Shown here: positions 25,801 to 43,239 of the stretch, piece after piece
Position numbering within the stretch: position 1 is the first letter of the stretch
How the letters are laid out: each line of letters begins with the position of its first letter
Assembly: GCF_006345805.1 (NCBI RefSeq)
Contig: NC_042999.1
Coordinates: 99,448,001 to 99,512,000, forward strand
Source of the DNA: Octopus sinensis
Taxonomy: Eukaryota
Direction of reading: 5' to 3'
DNA length: 64,000 bases
Made by a program: the position numbers and the translations under genes
Notes under the pieces: model-generated
What the model was told of the DNA's origin: nothing
What the model saw: the letters and a program-made list of their open reading frames with translations, nothing else
The model's database searches: none

Positions 25801-27030
25801 CCATTCCTGTAGAGAATGGTGTCAAGCAGGGTGACATCCTTGCCCCAACTCTCTTTTCTTTGTACTTTGCTGCTGCTTTTACTCATGCTTTTGCTAAGGT
25901 TAGCTCTCTGGGAATATATGTCAGATATCGATCTTCTGGCCGCCTCTTTAATCTTCGCCGATTTGCTGCCAATTCAAAGGTTTCCCAGTCTATTATTCGT
26001 GACCTCCTTTATGCAGATGACTGTGACTTAGTCACTCATACAGTGGATGACATGCAAATACTCATGAATTGCATTTCTGCTTCTTGCAGGGCATTTGGAC
26101 TCAGCATTAGCCTGGACAAGACTGTTGTAATGTTCCAGCCTGCACCAGGAAATCCATATATAGAACCAGCTATCTTGGTTGAAGGAACAATTCTGAAGGT
26201 AGTAGACAAGTTTGTCTACCTGTGCAGCACACTCAGCCGTTCTTGCTCCCTGGATGAGGAAATATCTTTCAAGTTGCAGAGAGCAACTAATTCCTTCCGG
26301 TCTCTTCAGTCTCGTGTCTGGTCCCAACATAGCATCGCAAGGAGAACAAAAGTTGCTGTGTACCGTGCTTGTGTACTGACATCGCTTCTCTACTCATGGG
26401 AGACATGGACTCTGTACAAACGTCAGGTAAGGGTCCTTGAACGTTTTCATCAGAGATGTCTCAGACACATTCTCAATGTTGGCTGGACCTCAAAAATTCC
26501 AGACACACAGATCCTGAGGACAGCTGATGTCTTGAGTATTGAGGCGATGGTACACAGGCACTGGTTGCGTTGGACTGGACACCTTATTAGAATGGAGGAT
26601 AGAAGGATTCTTAAGCAGATGCTCTATGGAGAACTTGTGAATGGAAGGAGACTCCGGCAGAAACCAAGGCTACGATTTAAGGACTGTGTCAAGTCCTCGT
26701 TAAAGGATTTTGATATACAGGACACTGACTGGGAGAACAATGCCTTTCATCGCCACAGATGGAGGAAGTAGGTTAAGGAGGAGATCGACACTTTTGAGAG
26801 AGCACGTATCCAGCATGAAGAACTTAAGCGAGCTGTGCGAAAGCGCACGGTTCGTATAGTGAATGGGGAAAGCTTGGGCTGCAATGTTTACAGTCGTGTA
26901 TGCTTGTCAAGAGCAGGGCTCATTAGCCACCAACGGAGCCGCAAATGCAAAATATAAGTTAGTCCTAGAGCGCACAATGTTCCTGAAGGTCGGCAATGGT
27001 CTTCCTCGGTCACGAGTGGACGGCCATCAT
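22871..27030 (+). mobile_element. Near-full-length RTE LINE with a long 5' UTR, inserted in (TA)n
   Basis: ~950-bp 5' UTR, then an APE plus RT coding region (next feature), then a short 3' UTR ending GTGGACGGCCATCAT. Confidence 0.85.
23805..26957 (+). pseudogene. Disrupted RTE ORF: apurinic endonuclease, RT, C-terminal zinc-finger-like motif
   Basis: CWNVRTLLDRNDCRPERRTALVARELNRYKIDIAALSETR, ILLGDFNARVG, WTDHSLV, CGNYRGIALLS, QCGFRSGRGTMDMIF, FIDLTKAFDTV, GVKQGDILAPTLF, LLYADD (YADD 26010-26021), RWTGHLIRM. Frameshifts plus in-frame TAG at 25608 and 26769. Confidence 0.92.
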
Positions 27031-27049
27031 ATATACATGTATATATATG

Positions 27050-27092
<43 letters not shown>

Positions 27093-27419
27093 GTTTATGT
27101 ATACATGTATATCTATAAATGTATTTCTATAGATATACATGTATATGTATACATGTATGTCTAGATGTATATATATATAGATGTAGATGTAATATGTACA
27201 CATATATACACATATATACATGCATACATATATACACCCATACACACATACACAAACACCGATCCACCCCCACCCCCCACATACATATACATAGGTGCAG
27301 GTGTGGCTGTGTGGTAACAAACTTGGTTCCAAAACACATGGTCCTCAGTTCAGTCCCATTGTGTGGTAACTTGGCATATGTCTTCAGCTTAGCTTCAGAC
27401 CAACCAAAGCCTTGTCTGT

Positions 27420-30170
<2,751 letters not shown>

Positions 30171-33100
30171 TATCCTTTATTTTGTAGTTATTCGAAAACG
30201 CCACAACGCTCAACTTTCTTTCCACAAAATAGTTGCTATGTTTACTGTATCTTGGTTTAACATTGATGAATTTGATTCTTTTATTCATATTCTTGACTAA
30301 CATTTAATGAGATAAATTACAACTAATTAGAGAACCCGCGCGATAGTTAAGAGTATCGTATTTGTGTGTATAAGGTTATTTCAATCCTTATGATGATTAA
30401 TAGTCAGAAACAGATTATCGTTATGTGTGTTACAATAACCGAAAAACAGATTATTATCTTTCTTCTAATTATTCTCGAATGCAAGATTTAAAAGAGAATT
30501 CGCCAAAACATAAATCCCTTTCCTTAACAGTTCACGTGTTAGTGTTTGATTATCAAAGATTTGGTGAGAATATAGTCCGATTGTGTACAAAACCTACTAC
30601 CTAATGACTCAAGAGGGTTAGTCAAATGCCATTATGCCTTCATTCTTTAAATTTTTACATTAAAATAAGAGTTTTGTTAACCCGCGAAGGTGGCATGCTA
30701 CATTTAAATTTCAACTTAGGATTATAATGTGTCTGTCATCGTGCTATTTATATAATTTACTGCTGAACAGTTACAGCACATTTAAATCCGACATATTGTG
30801 ATTTCGTTTTGCTTTCTTAATATCACTTCCTAGTTTGCGATGTCACATTAAAGTACACAAGATTCGGAGCATGGCATTTTTATTCTTACGTTAATTGGCC
30901 TTTAAAAGAATGTGTTAGCAGTTTGTAGCTGACAGTACAAAATCACAGTTTAAACTTCTCTTCATTAATTCAAATTATTGCATTAAATGATGATGGCGAC
31001 GACGACGATAATGACGATGACTACGACGACGACGATGACAATGATGCAATTATGTATTATGCATCTGATAAATTTACTTTCCATCATATAAGATAATATA
31101 ATTTTGCATACAAATTATTAACTTTTTTATTTGAACGATGACCATTTCTACGTCTAACAAAAGTATTTTCCTTGGAAATAGGTTACAAAAAAAGAAAGGT
31201 TTACATGAAAATCATATTTTCATTTAGTAGTTATAAAATCTTTTTTCATTCATATGTTCATGTACGTTGGAATCAATTCACAGGAATGAATGAGAAATAA
31301 ATGCTGTTACTATTGAAGATATACGTAATTATTTATGTGTTATAGAACAAATATAACATTCATTTTGAATGCTTTGTTAAAAGATTCCGAAACGTCTAAG
31401 AATTAAGCTGTAAAACTAAATTTATTCTTATATAATAATACTCTGTAGAAATCTTGATGGAGACAAGAGAAAGTCATCTTATTGTTATGTAATGGAATAC
31501 TGTGGCACAAACTTTGCTGTTAATCTATTCACTTTAGAAGACTGAATAAAACATTTGACATAAAATATGTCAGCCTTTAGTCAATTATGAATCGTTGTCC
31601 TGTTCTTCCTTTAAAACTTACTTATTCGTTTCTATGCAAATAGCTTTAGTAAGTTTGGATGAAAATCATACTGGATGTAATTTTGAACAATTTGAAACTC
31701 AATTCAGAAGTTATACGACTTCGAACTGCTTATCAGAATTTTATAGGTTTAGCTTGGCCGAATATTCTCATAAATTTGATGCAACGATATCGGTCGATGG
31801 ATATGATGTTGGACAGATATTTAAATGTAGAATAATAAAGTCAAAGTCATCTGCAACGAAAAATGCTGCATCTTAGCGTAAGAAATGTAAAATGCTGAGA
31901 AGATATACTTAAGTTAGCCGATTATGTCATTAAAAAGCATGTAGATAATGTTGATAATTTCATGAAATATTCCACGCAGACAGTACTTAAATATGATTCT
32001 TGTAGACGAGAGACAAATTTCCTCAGGGATAGGAATATTTGATACTTTAATGCCTAATGACCGTATATAGTAGATATGAAGATGGGTATATAACATGAGC
32101 AAAGAACATCATATTTATAAAAGGCATATATTATTCACTGAATCAACTCTCAGAAAGACTTATTTTAACAATCATAAGGAGATGAAAAATAAGGTCGAAC
32201 GTGATGAGAATTTAAAATAAAAATGAATACAAGCGTATTTACTTCGACTATTTTAAAAAAGAATTACTCGCCAGATTGTACTAATTCTCCTCTATGTCTC
32301 CTTATGATGAGCGAGTAAAGGTTTAATTTCCGAAAAGCGCTTATGAAAATCGTATATGGACTTTTCAATAGCCAAAGTTGCTTGGGCGTTACAAAGTCTA
32401 AGCACTAAATACAAATAACTTTATTGTAATGTATTCACAATAGTTGCCATAATTTAATGACATAAGTATAATTGTGAAATGAGGCTGCTGTATTGGGAAG
32501 TCAAGTGAAAAGTCAATGTTAAAAACCAAGAGTAATTTTATTCAGTTTGGAATCATTCCTTTATCTTCGTAATTTCTTGCACATCAACACTGATTTTTGT
32601 GATCGGTGTAAGACTACATAAATTTTTAAATGGTACGACTGATTATAAAGATCTAAATATTTCTCTAGTACTTGTTTTATCGACCTTGTAATGGCCAAAG
32701 AATTCAGAACAAAGTGATTTATGTGAACGTTGTTTTTCCACATGCAGCTCTTATATCCTGTATTTTTAAACTTTGAAATTTAGAGTTGAAAATATATTGG
32801 GGTATCATAACTAGGTTATTAAATTCCATAGAGATATACTTTAATGTTCATCATTCTAGGATCAATAGTATTATGTACCAGTAGAATATTGAGGTTGATT
32901 AACTCAACTAAAATCTTCCCTCCAAAAATACTGTCATGTGTCCAAGTTAGAAGATAGTTACATTATCTATATTACAGAAGTGACTAAATATTACGCTCGG
33001 CAATTCTTCCAAGAAACAGAATTGGTTTTGTTTCAATCTTTGTGCTGAATCTATTGAAAATTCTAACAGCTTTGAAATTTTGTTTGCACATGTATATAGC

Positions 33101-33699
33101 GTCATTAATTAATATTATTGTGCTTCAGTTACAACGGTTTTATCCTATTAAATGTACTTCACCTGTTTCTGTTGTACTTTATCTTGTGCAGACATTTTCT
33201 TCACTAGCATAGCAACAAAAAAAGAAAGAAAAGAAAATAGAAGAAAAATGCATGATTCAAGTTATCTTCCTCGATGAATTTAAAAACGTTGTCAGGCTGT
33301 TGCTTTAGTTTCTATTTTCGTTTCCTTTTCGATTTATAAATGTACAATTTATGGATTTGATAATGTGGAAATGAACTTTGTAATTAACATATTAATTGGA
33401 TAGTTTTATTTGTGTTACTGATTCTAAATTATTATAATTTTGTTTCGGTTTTTCTGATGTTGTTATTGATGTTTTATTTAATAAGATGTGTTTCTATTAC
33501 CGGTGATATGACTCACATTGCTTTCAAATTATAAAAAAATTCTCTTGGTCGCAAAATGTACCATATTAGATAAACAATGTGAGTGAGGTGAGAAAAATAG
33601 CTCAATCGACAGCTTTGCGTACTAATTACATACACAGTAGAGTATCACATATGTAATATAGTCACTGCACTACAATATCGATAAACCGTCGGATGTGGT

Positions 33700-33917
33700 T
33701 ATACATTACTTGTCACAATGCGATTCGTTTCATTATTGTAGCCCTCAGACTATGTCACCCCTCGCTAAGCAAGACGCTAGTCCGTTGCGAGATTACTCAA
33801 TTACAATGTGAAATGAAGTGATTGCAGAAGTACACAACGACCCGCCGATCTAGAAATCGACATCACGATCTTGCGATCGAGGGTACAACACTTAACCACT
33901 TAACCATACATCTTCAC
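33700..33917 (-). mobile_element. Degraded tRNA-derived SINE (Nin-like)
   Basis: The minus-strand head GTATGGTTAAGTGGTTAAGTGTTGTAC..TCGATTTC is followed by a CACTTCATTTCACATTG segment. Confidence 0.55.
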
Positions 33918-36516
33918 ATGAAAATTAAAGAAATCTTCGCTCAACTGAGATCCACCAAGCAGTTAGCATAGTTATCTCCGTTGCTTGTTGGTTTAAATCG
34001 CTAAAGGTTTTGTTTTCTCCTTGTTGTTTGGATAATCTCTGTTGAGCAAAGTCGTTAAATTCATTATACAGTGTATATAAAATCCTGGCCGTATTAGTGT
34101 ATAGTATAAAGATGGCTTTCCTGCACTATTTTCTATAAGCCATAGAGTTGATATTCACAATAAGCGCCGCTACGCTAAACACTGTATGTTTATATTAACC
34201 ACTTTATGTCTTGTAAACTGAGTAGAATAATCTTCACAGATGAAATTTAATAGGACTGAAACATATCGTATCATGGCTTTAGAATCAGAGTCGCTCAAAC
34301 CTGCATTGTCTAATTTTCCCAGATTTCGATCAACTTACCTTAAAGAATTATCCCTCCTGCTAGCTGAGACAGAGTTTTGTTTGCTAACTGCAGTTCAACT
34401 CTCTCATATAGGAGCTCCTATCATTGGACAGTGTTACCCATAACTCTACGAAAAAACAAAGGGAGATCTTCCATTTGCATTTTAGAAAATATTTGCTAGA
34501 GTTTCTTTTGATAGGAACAATGGTCTGTGTGAATGGCGATCGGATGCCTACTGAGACTGGTAACATCGCTGAAGTTAATGTACCTCTCTAAAAGTTTCAA
34601 GTTGATGGCCACAGAAAAACATGTGAAGTGAAAGAATTCCAGAAGGTAGATATTGCTGGAAAGAAGGACTGGCCTTAGATTGTTGTATTCAGGACTTGGC
34701 TGCAACACAGAAGACACAAAGAGCGATGAGTAATCCAGAAGTAAGTAGATGGAGGTACTCCAATCCAGCCAGCTTCGAATAGTACGACTGCAATAACAGA
34801 AGAAAGGTTTTTCTGCAAACAGATTTGAAATGCTATTGTGATCCTAAGGTATCCAAGGTATACTTCGTGATCCTAAAGATAAACACCACGCCAACAAACG
34901 TACTTATGGATTCATTACCAGTTCGGTAAGTACGATGAAGTTCACTTCAAACATACCTAGATTTGTCCCTCGTGCTTACTGAGAATATTATTTTAGTCAT
35001 AAACAAATATCTGTTTCTTCATCACATATTTATATCAAGATAACTTTTAATGCTATGCAAACTTGACACTTTAATATAAATTAATAAAATAGCTCTTTTT
35101 ACTTAATGCAATGGTATTACTGGTAGTCTCGATTAATTTGTAGGTATAATGCAATACCAAACAAAAAATCAAAAATATAAAACTGAGAGTCGCATACACA
35201 TATACAAAAACGTATACTCACAGACACGCACACAATCAGATATGTTATGGTCGTCGTAGTAAAAATAAAGAAAGCAAAAGAATGTACGGTGTGTTGTGAG
35301 ACAGGAAATGTTCGTAGAAATTCCTTTGATTCAGACATCTTTATATATATAAATATATTATAATTTATAGTTTACAGAAACAGTTACGCTATTCCCCACA
35401 ACAGGTAAAATTTGGAAGTTTTAGGGAATAATCCGCGTCTAAATTATTCTTTGAATTTAAAATGAAAGCGCACACGGTTTTGATGTAGTTTTATAATCTA
35501 GTAGGGAGTTCTTGAACGTCAGATTTTTCTCATGATTAGATCAGAGGAGAATTTTACGAGTATTGAAAATAGTTGGAGGCGACGGATAATGGTACTGGGA
35601 AATATTCTTTCATATTTCGTTCTCTAAACTATCTATGCCTAATTAAGAGACAGCTATTTACAGAAAGAAGCAATTAATAGACTAGTATTAGATTCATATC
35701 AATGACAATGTCTGCAAGGTTGCTGGCAAAATACAGAACATGACATGGTGTATTTTATATATCAACAAGTAAATAGTAGATTTTGGTATCAAAGTTCAAT
35801 AGTAACTTCATGAAATGTGCACAATCTGTTTCAGAAGAAGCTGCAAGGTCGAATATTTATGTTGACTATGGAAACACTACGCTGCAAAATATAAGATTGT
35901 ATAAAGATACTTGTAAATCTATTTTAAAAAAAAGCATAGTAATAGACAACGACAATTTGTGCCTAAATAGCCATATATTTAAGTTGATACTCCAGTGGTT
36001 TTATCAAACTTATCTGAAACTAAATTTGCTGTTAAATAGATTTTATTTATTTAAATTTTGTTCATACCAGAGACAAATTCATGAAGTCCTTCATTAAGAA
36101 ATATCATGGACAATTTGATTTGTCTAAAAAACACCACTGAAGTGTAAAGCTTTCAGAAAATAAGGATCTAAAGTAACTACTGGTGTTTGTATTAGTACAT
36201 TTGTTATATTTTTTATTCTCGATAGTGCGTAACAGGAAGAAGTAAATTCAAACGTTTTGAATTCATGCTCTTCATCTGGAAGTCAGAAAGGGGCGGGAAT
36301 TAATTAGTGCTATCGATTTGTTTGTAGGCAAGTAAAGGATGAGAAAATTGAAATCCGTCCTCCAAAGAAATACGAACTTATCAAAATTTTATACATTTTC
36401 AATTTCAATCCAATGACTAATCAAAGGTTATGGAGCATGTCATGTAGTAGAAAGCTCCCGGCGATTGTGATGCATGTTTGATATTATGTTGTGTTATTTA
36501 AATTTATTCACTCTTC

Positions 36517-36556
36517 GTATCTATGATTTCCTGCCAAAGCAGGAAATCATAGATAC
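36517..36556. repeat. Perfect 18-bp inverted repeat with a 4-nt loop
   Basis: GTATCTATGATTTCCTGC-CAAA-GCAGGAAATCATAGATAC. Confidence 0.95.
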
Positions 36557-39500
36557 TGGTCCTACGCTCTGCAACGGGTTGCATAATATTTTTGTTTCCG
36601 GTGGTTCATGAGGCGGTGACTCATAAATTCTTGCTTCCTTTAGCATTCCCTTGTTTATAGTTTTATTCATCATTTACTTTATATATAAATTCAGTTATGT
36701 TTCACTGATTTAGTAGAATTTTATCTGAATGCTCAAATGTTTTTCATGATTTCTTAAAATTGTAAATGGTTGTCTCTGGAGGACATAAGTGTATCATTTT
36801 ATGTGATTTATTTTTAAGGCTGTTTCAGCGAAAATGTTGTCTAAACCTATTGATACTCTGCAATGTAAAGAATTACAGCAGATTGTATTCTTACAGCATA
36901 AGAAATAAAGGACACAGAATGCAGAGATGATGAATACAAAAATAACAGATAGTTTTGTTTAATATAGACAGTTTTTAAACCAAAATGTTTTCACTCATGC
37001 AATTATTCTTATACCGTCATATATAACACTTTCTTTCTCTCTCAAGAGATGACATATACTGAGCCTTCAAAATTCTTCTTACTAATTTTGTGAAATGCCG
37101 AATATCAACTCAAAGCGAATATAAAATTGCAGTGTAGACATGCAGATTAACGTAAATACAAAAATCATTGAGGGTATTAGGGCATGTAGAATTATTGTAG
37201 TTAAACTAAGTTATCGTTAACATAACTCTTTAATTGTGAGGGTAAAAAACAAGACAAATTGTCAGTATTTAACAAGTTTAAATCTAACTAGTACGCGTTT
37301 TCCGTTTACTTTCGAGTTTGTGTGCAAATACTTTGGCAAAGTTATATTTCGCTGATGATACCTTTAAGAAAGGCGAGTAATCTTGTGTACTTGTCGATGA
37401 AAGCTATCAGTTATTGTTATTTCTTTTTTTTTTGCTGCATAAGTGTATATACTTTAATTGTTTAATATTCTAGTCATTAGGTGTATCTTTACATGAATAA
37501 CTATTTAAAGAAATAGTGCTTTTAGTGTATCGTAGTAATTTTGGTTAAGGTCAAGATTACTAAAAAGGAAATTACAAGAAAGAGTGAGTGATAAAGAAAT
37601 AGGCAAGACCTATTACTGGGATGAAAAGAAATCGTTACCATATGACTTACACAGGAGATAGACTCATTATATTTCGTAAGTTCTTGTTGCAAGGTGACTA
37701 GTTTCACATATACACACATTGAAAACAACGTGATTAAATATAGTGAAATATAGCCAATATGTAGTAAAATATTGACGTTTTTTAAATGTTGAAACGATCT
37801 ACAGACGTGTGGCGACAAATCAATAAATCTTTTATGACACTGCTGTAGCATTAATGTAGCGTAGCGTTATTTGGATTTTTAATCTGTCAATACTATTAAT
37901 AAAAGTTGTTGCTTGTAGAGAAGATGAAAGAACATAAAAGAAAAATACATATATATTTTTTTGTCATATTACCTGTTTAAGGATATTTCTTCTGGCACAC
38001 CTTGCTTGAGTATTTTCGATTTGGTAGGCTAATGGCGAACTTTGAATTGATGCCTGCTCGCTGACAATGTGCTCACCACAAAGAGTGTATATAAAAGATA
38101 GGGAATACTTGAATCTGATGAGAAACACAGACAGTTTACAAGGTGAAGTGAAATGAGTCAAACTATGATCATCAGTAAAATAGTTTCACATACGCAATAT
38201 AGTGAGGTCAAAGCCTTACTTTAACTAAGTAATTAGAAGACAAAAACTCCCACTAGATGTGTTTAAAATCTAAACGCATGTTATTGATATAGCTCTAATT
38301 ATTTCAATAGATCAAAGGTTTTAAATTTGACCTCTTTAGTTAATCTAGAGTTACCCTTATTTCAACGTAAATTTTTATTAGTGGTATGCAGCGTGTTACT
38401 TTAAAGGAGATAAAATCGAGGTATATTCAGTAAAAAAGCCGAAATCGATGTAGTTTATCATTAAGATGAATTGCATTTTTCTGAAATATGCATGAGAAGT
38501 ACACTTTCACAAATATGTAAGCAGTATCTCAATGTAGGCGCACTGCTTACATATCTGAGTTGTCAGTTGTCATGCAGCTGTCATTTTCTCGTCCTGAAAA
38601 AGAGGTTCGTAATTCGAACTTTTGGTTGTGAAATGTCATAAAAGTACACCAGAGTGTGTGAAATCAAGAAGTTGTAAAGACAGTAAATAAGGCCAAAAAG
38701 AAAGCTCTCTGTAGATTTTGGACACTATAGAAATAACAGTGAAATCTGATACAGACGACTTGGATGCAAACAATAACAAGTATGAAAGTTTTATTAGTAT
38801 TTCTCGCCAGTAGACACGGAGGAAGAGTAACGTTCAAAGAGAGTTTCGTCACTGTATTAAATGATTTACTCTTTGTGATGTTGATTATCACAAATTTGCT
38901 CCGTCGCTATTTGGAAATGTTATCTAGATCCCTAGATCCCTGTTTATTAGAACATCTGGCAGAATCGCTTTTTAAAATGTTGAAGAATGGCATCCTTAAT
39001 TAGCTTCGAGTCGAAACGAACAATTCCAATGAGTACTTGCACCATTTGACTACCCAGATTTGTTAGTAGAAGGAAATATTTCTGAAGACTTTTGATATGA
39101 AGGGATATATTGTATTATATTAGTTATTTTCAAACAGATGGGACGGGTAAAATAATATTTGTTTAAATGTTTCCATGAACTTTGAAGTGATTAAACAAAA
39201 TAAACAGAGCAACCTTTGAAACGGTAATAAGAAGTGTTATGGTATGAAGAAAAATATAACATGTTTTTGAGCATTTAATGTTCATGTGGATTAATGTCAA
39301 GCATATAAGGTTAATATCTTCAGGAAAAGAGAAAAATAATTATCTTATTGCTCAATCCCATCTGAACCCAAATAAAGCAGACCTATGATCAGAGTTATTA
39401 CAGTCGCAACCATTCCATCATTTAAAGACCTTCTAGTACTATAAAGCATTTAAGTAAATAAAGTGTGATTTGAGAAATATTTGATTTCTGGATTTAGCAG

Positions 39501-40072
39501 GGCAAGTAACTGCGTAGAAGGCTCGCTTTGTCGTGCATAAAGATTTAGTTTGTTACTACCTGTTTCTTTTCATTTAATACTAGAGACAATTTGTTGTTAA
39601 TAGGAGAGTAAAACAGGCTACTGCAACTTCATCAGTATATTGCTGTTGCTTAAGGTATCGATTTTTGAGATATAAAAGGTAAAAATCAACTCCAGCAGGA
39701 TTTTCTCTGTGAATGAAGAAGGAAAAAGTTAATTTGCTGAATGACAAGAACTGTGAGAAAGCCGAACGAAGCCTTTCGTGGTATTTATTCAGGCAGGCAA
39801 CTTGCTTTTTGAGTTCAAATACCGCCAAGGTCAACGCTGTTTTTAATCCTTTCACAGTCGATAAATAAATGCTAGTCTATGGTTTTGAACGGGTAGAATT
39901 ATAACACGACAAACGGGATATATCTGAGTATTTGTTCCTGTTCTGGCTCTTTACCAGATTCTGATTTCAGATTCCAACCTAAAGACTTCAAGCTACTTCA
40001 TTTCATGCGATCTTTTGGTGATCTAAAATCGATTTCATTTTACCCTCGGGGTTAAGTTGAACTCGGCTCCAT

Positions 40073-40114
<42 letters not shown>

Positions 40115-40115
40115 G

Positions 40116-40177
<62 letters not shown>

Positions 40178-41358
40178 AGTTTACAAGTACTACACATCAA
40201 TCACATACTATAATTGTATATTTTGTGTACTGTTAGCAACAGTGTTGGCAACTACCACAAAGTAGAAACCAGAATGTGCTCCTGTACGCAGTCGATTGAT
40301 CTGCTGGAAATGGCGAGAAAAAGCTTTTTTCTCCATTTAAATAAGTGAATCACACGTTATATAGTGTAGTATTTCCGTAAAATGGCTAGATGAGATGCAT
40401 TTGATGAACTGAACCTCCAGATATAGAACTAAACAACCACAACAATGGAGAGCACATTTGATGATGTACCTAGAATGCCATGAAACTGTCTGTGCCTTTA
40501 CTATCTCGTCCTTCCTTAGATATCATTTTAAATAAGAAATAGTTGGTTTGTCAATGTCATTGAAGAAAGCTACTGCGTATCATACTACATTTCTTTTCCT
40601 TCTAATAACAAACAGAATAATGAATGATTTGATTACATGACACTGCGTTTTCAATTCTATAGATTAGCTTCACAGCCCTTTTCAGCATGAAATTAAAGCC
40701 ATTTGTTACTTTTATGTTAATTATAACTTTATCACTCGAGCATTATCATTTCCATCGGTCGTATATAGTATGTTAATAGATTTTTATGATGCTGTTTCTG
40801 AATATCACTGGCCTGTTTTTTTACTGGTAGTCAAGAAACGCAATGGATTCCAAATGCATTATTCGTAAGTGAAATTTGTGCTGACCATTGTATGTAATAT
40901 ATAGATTTACAATATCAACACGCTTTCATCTATAATTTATGCGGCCATACGTAGAGTATCAGGGAAGCATGTGGCATATACTTCATTGATATATCTATAT
41001 TATGTTCTCACTGAATTAGTATAATACTTCCTATTTATTAACTTCATCTTCGTATATTTGGTATATATGACGTGATATAATGCGCTATGTCATATATATA
41101 TTTATATAAATCTCAAAACAGAATAGTGGAAAAACCTTATATTAATGATATATATATATACATATATATGTATGTATATATGATATGTATATATGTATAT
41201 ATGCGCATATATAGTATATATATATGGTATATATGTCTATACATACCCTACAGATACATATACATGCATACATATATGTACATGTAAATATAACAAATAT
41301 TTATACATATATATAGTACATATGTGCATACATACGTACATATACATATGTGAATATA

Positions 41359-41422
<64 letters not shown>

Positions 41423-41759
41423 TGTGTATTTGTGTGTACATAGGAAGAGAGTTACAGATCAACATCTGCACACACTCTGAGTAAGTAACATCAATAAAGA
41501 GATAAGGTGATGCAGATTTCTTTTCGGGAGGATCAGAAAAGGAAACAATATTCTGAAACGTTTTGATTATTTGCAATGCTGTCCTCACGTTATCTAAACG
41601 TACATCCTATACAGGAGAAAGTAGTTGCAACAGAAGTTTAACGACACCGAAGTTGCGAACTTTAGCAAAAAGAAAGTTAAAGTTTACATAGATGTGCAGG
41701 GTGGGCGAAGGCTTTCGTAATCTATTCATTTGTTTGACTTGTTTATACCGATGAAAAAT

Positions 41760-42650
41760 TACTTCCAGTACCGATTTTTATTTCTATAGTGGTGCTTCCT
41801 CTTTCCAGTTATCTAAGAGAATTTCCAATCATTATTCTTCATTTAGGGATAGCAGTAAAAGTAATACCACAGGGCTTAGTAAATTGGTTTGGTATCTTAG
41901 GTATCTTAAAGACAACAATAAGGATTTCAATTTAGATTGGTTCATACTGTCCATCTCTTTCCCTTATGATAAGGGCAAAGGATTTTGTAACATTTGCAAC
42001 TCTGAACTCTTCCATATTCTCTTCTCTAAGAATCACCTTGTTAACAAATTTATAGAGCGATCTTACAAATGTAAGCACTGGCAGAAACATACCTTTAGCT
42101 CATATAAGTGATTTATACCAGTCTGGATAGTTTGAACATTTAGTTCACCTTGCACTTTAATTCAATAGAGAAATCTACTTCCACACCTTTGAACATTTTT
42201 CCAACCAATATATCCCTCTTTATTTGTTCTCTACTTATTATTTCTTTACCACTTCTCTTCCTATGGTCTGCCTTTGACGTCAGATCTACTAACGGTTATT
42301 TAAAAAATACTTCATAGCGTTCTGTTTATCATTTATGCAGTCATCAAAATTGTTAAAATGTCTTGTTGTTGAGATGGGTTCTCTTTCTTTCCTGATGAGA
42401 ACATTACATTATTTTACACCGTTTATTCCTTTGGAATAAAGCCAATGTTGTCTTCAAAACATATGTCGACATTTAAAGAATTTGAATAACCCCTGCGTTC
42501 AACTCCATCTATTTACTTATACAATACAAGTTACTGCAAATTAACCCGGAGTTTCTACCTTTGAATAGGTCGCTATATCCTTGTTACTTGCGTGAATTTT
42601 GCTACCCTGGTAACTGTTTATTGAATTTTCCGTGTTTACTGTAAACAAAA
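41760..42650 (+). mobile_element. Penelope-type 3' fragment: GIY-YIG C-terminus, 3' UTR and decayed hammerhead
   Basis: YSGASSFQLSKRISNHYSSF..TTGLSKLVWYL..DWFIL..PYDKGKGFCNICNSELFHIL..KCKH, stop at 42109-42111, then a hammerhead motif at 42388-42471. Confidence 0.8.
42388..42471 (+). ncRNA. Decayed hammerhead ribozyme (GAAA core changed to AAAA at 42456)
   Basis: TTTC-CTGATGA-long stem II containing a TTTATTCC(TTT)GGAATAAA hairpin-AAAAC-ATAT-GTC-GACA. Homologous to 53553-53633. Confidence 0.7.
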
Positions 42651-42727
42651 GGAAATCCATTCATCTATTTACACACACACGCACACACACATATATAAAT
42701 TTGTATATATATATATATAAATTTGTG

Positions 42728-42769
<42 letters not shown>

Positions 42770-43202
42770 AATTTGTGTATATATATATAAATTTGTGCAT
42801 ATATATATGTATATATATATTCTTTTATTCGTTTCAGTCATCCACAGAATATATATATATGTATATATGAATGGCGTCTTATCAGTTACCCTGCTCCCCC
42901 TATCGGTTTGGAAATGATACATATACTGTTTCATATCACTTACCAATATGTTTTGATTATCATTCAGCTTCATACGATTTTAGTAATTGGAAGCCCAGAG
43001 TACTTAAAGTACATCTTCCGGCGTCTAAACTAATAAACAAAAACACCTCTCGTTCAACCAACTAGAAATAGCGAATCTCTCTCTCTCTCTCTCTTTCTCT
43101 GTCTTCCTTTCTTTCTCTCTTTCTCTGCTTCCCTTTCTCTCCCCATTTCTCTGTCTCTCTTTCTTTCTCTCACTTTTTCTGTCACTCTTTCTCTCGCCTT
43201 TT

Positions 43203-43239
<37 letters not shown>

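Noticed and set aside
37345-37395. CTGATGA followed by a CCTTT/AAAGG hairpin (hammerhead-like); weaker similar cases at ~33269-33296, ~43336-43370 and ~19286
   Set aside because: The GAAA core, stem I or stem II is missing. At best these are unrecognisable relics.
38764-39150. 80-codon ORF and a protein-like alternative frame
   Set aside because: The alternative frame has multiple stops, and there is no recognisable motif or splice context.
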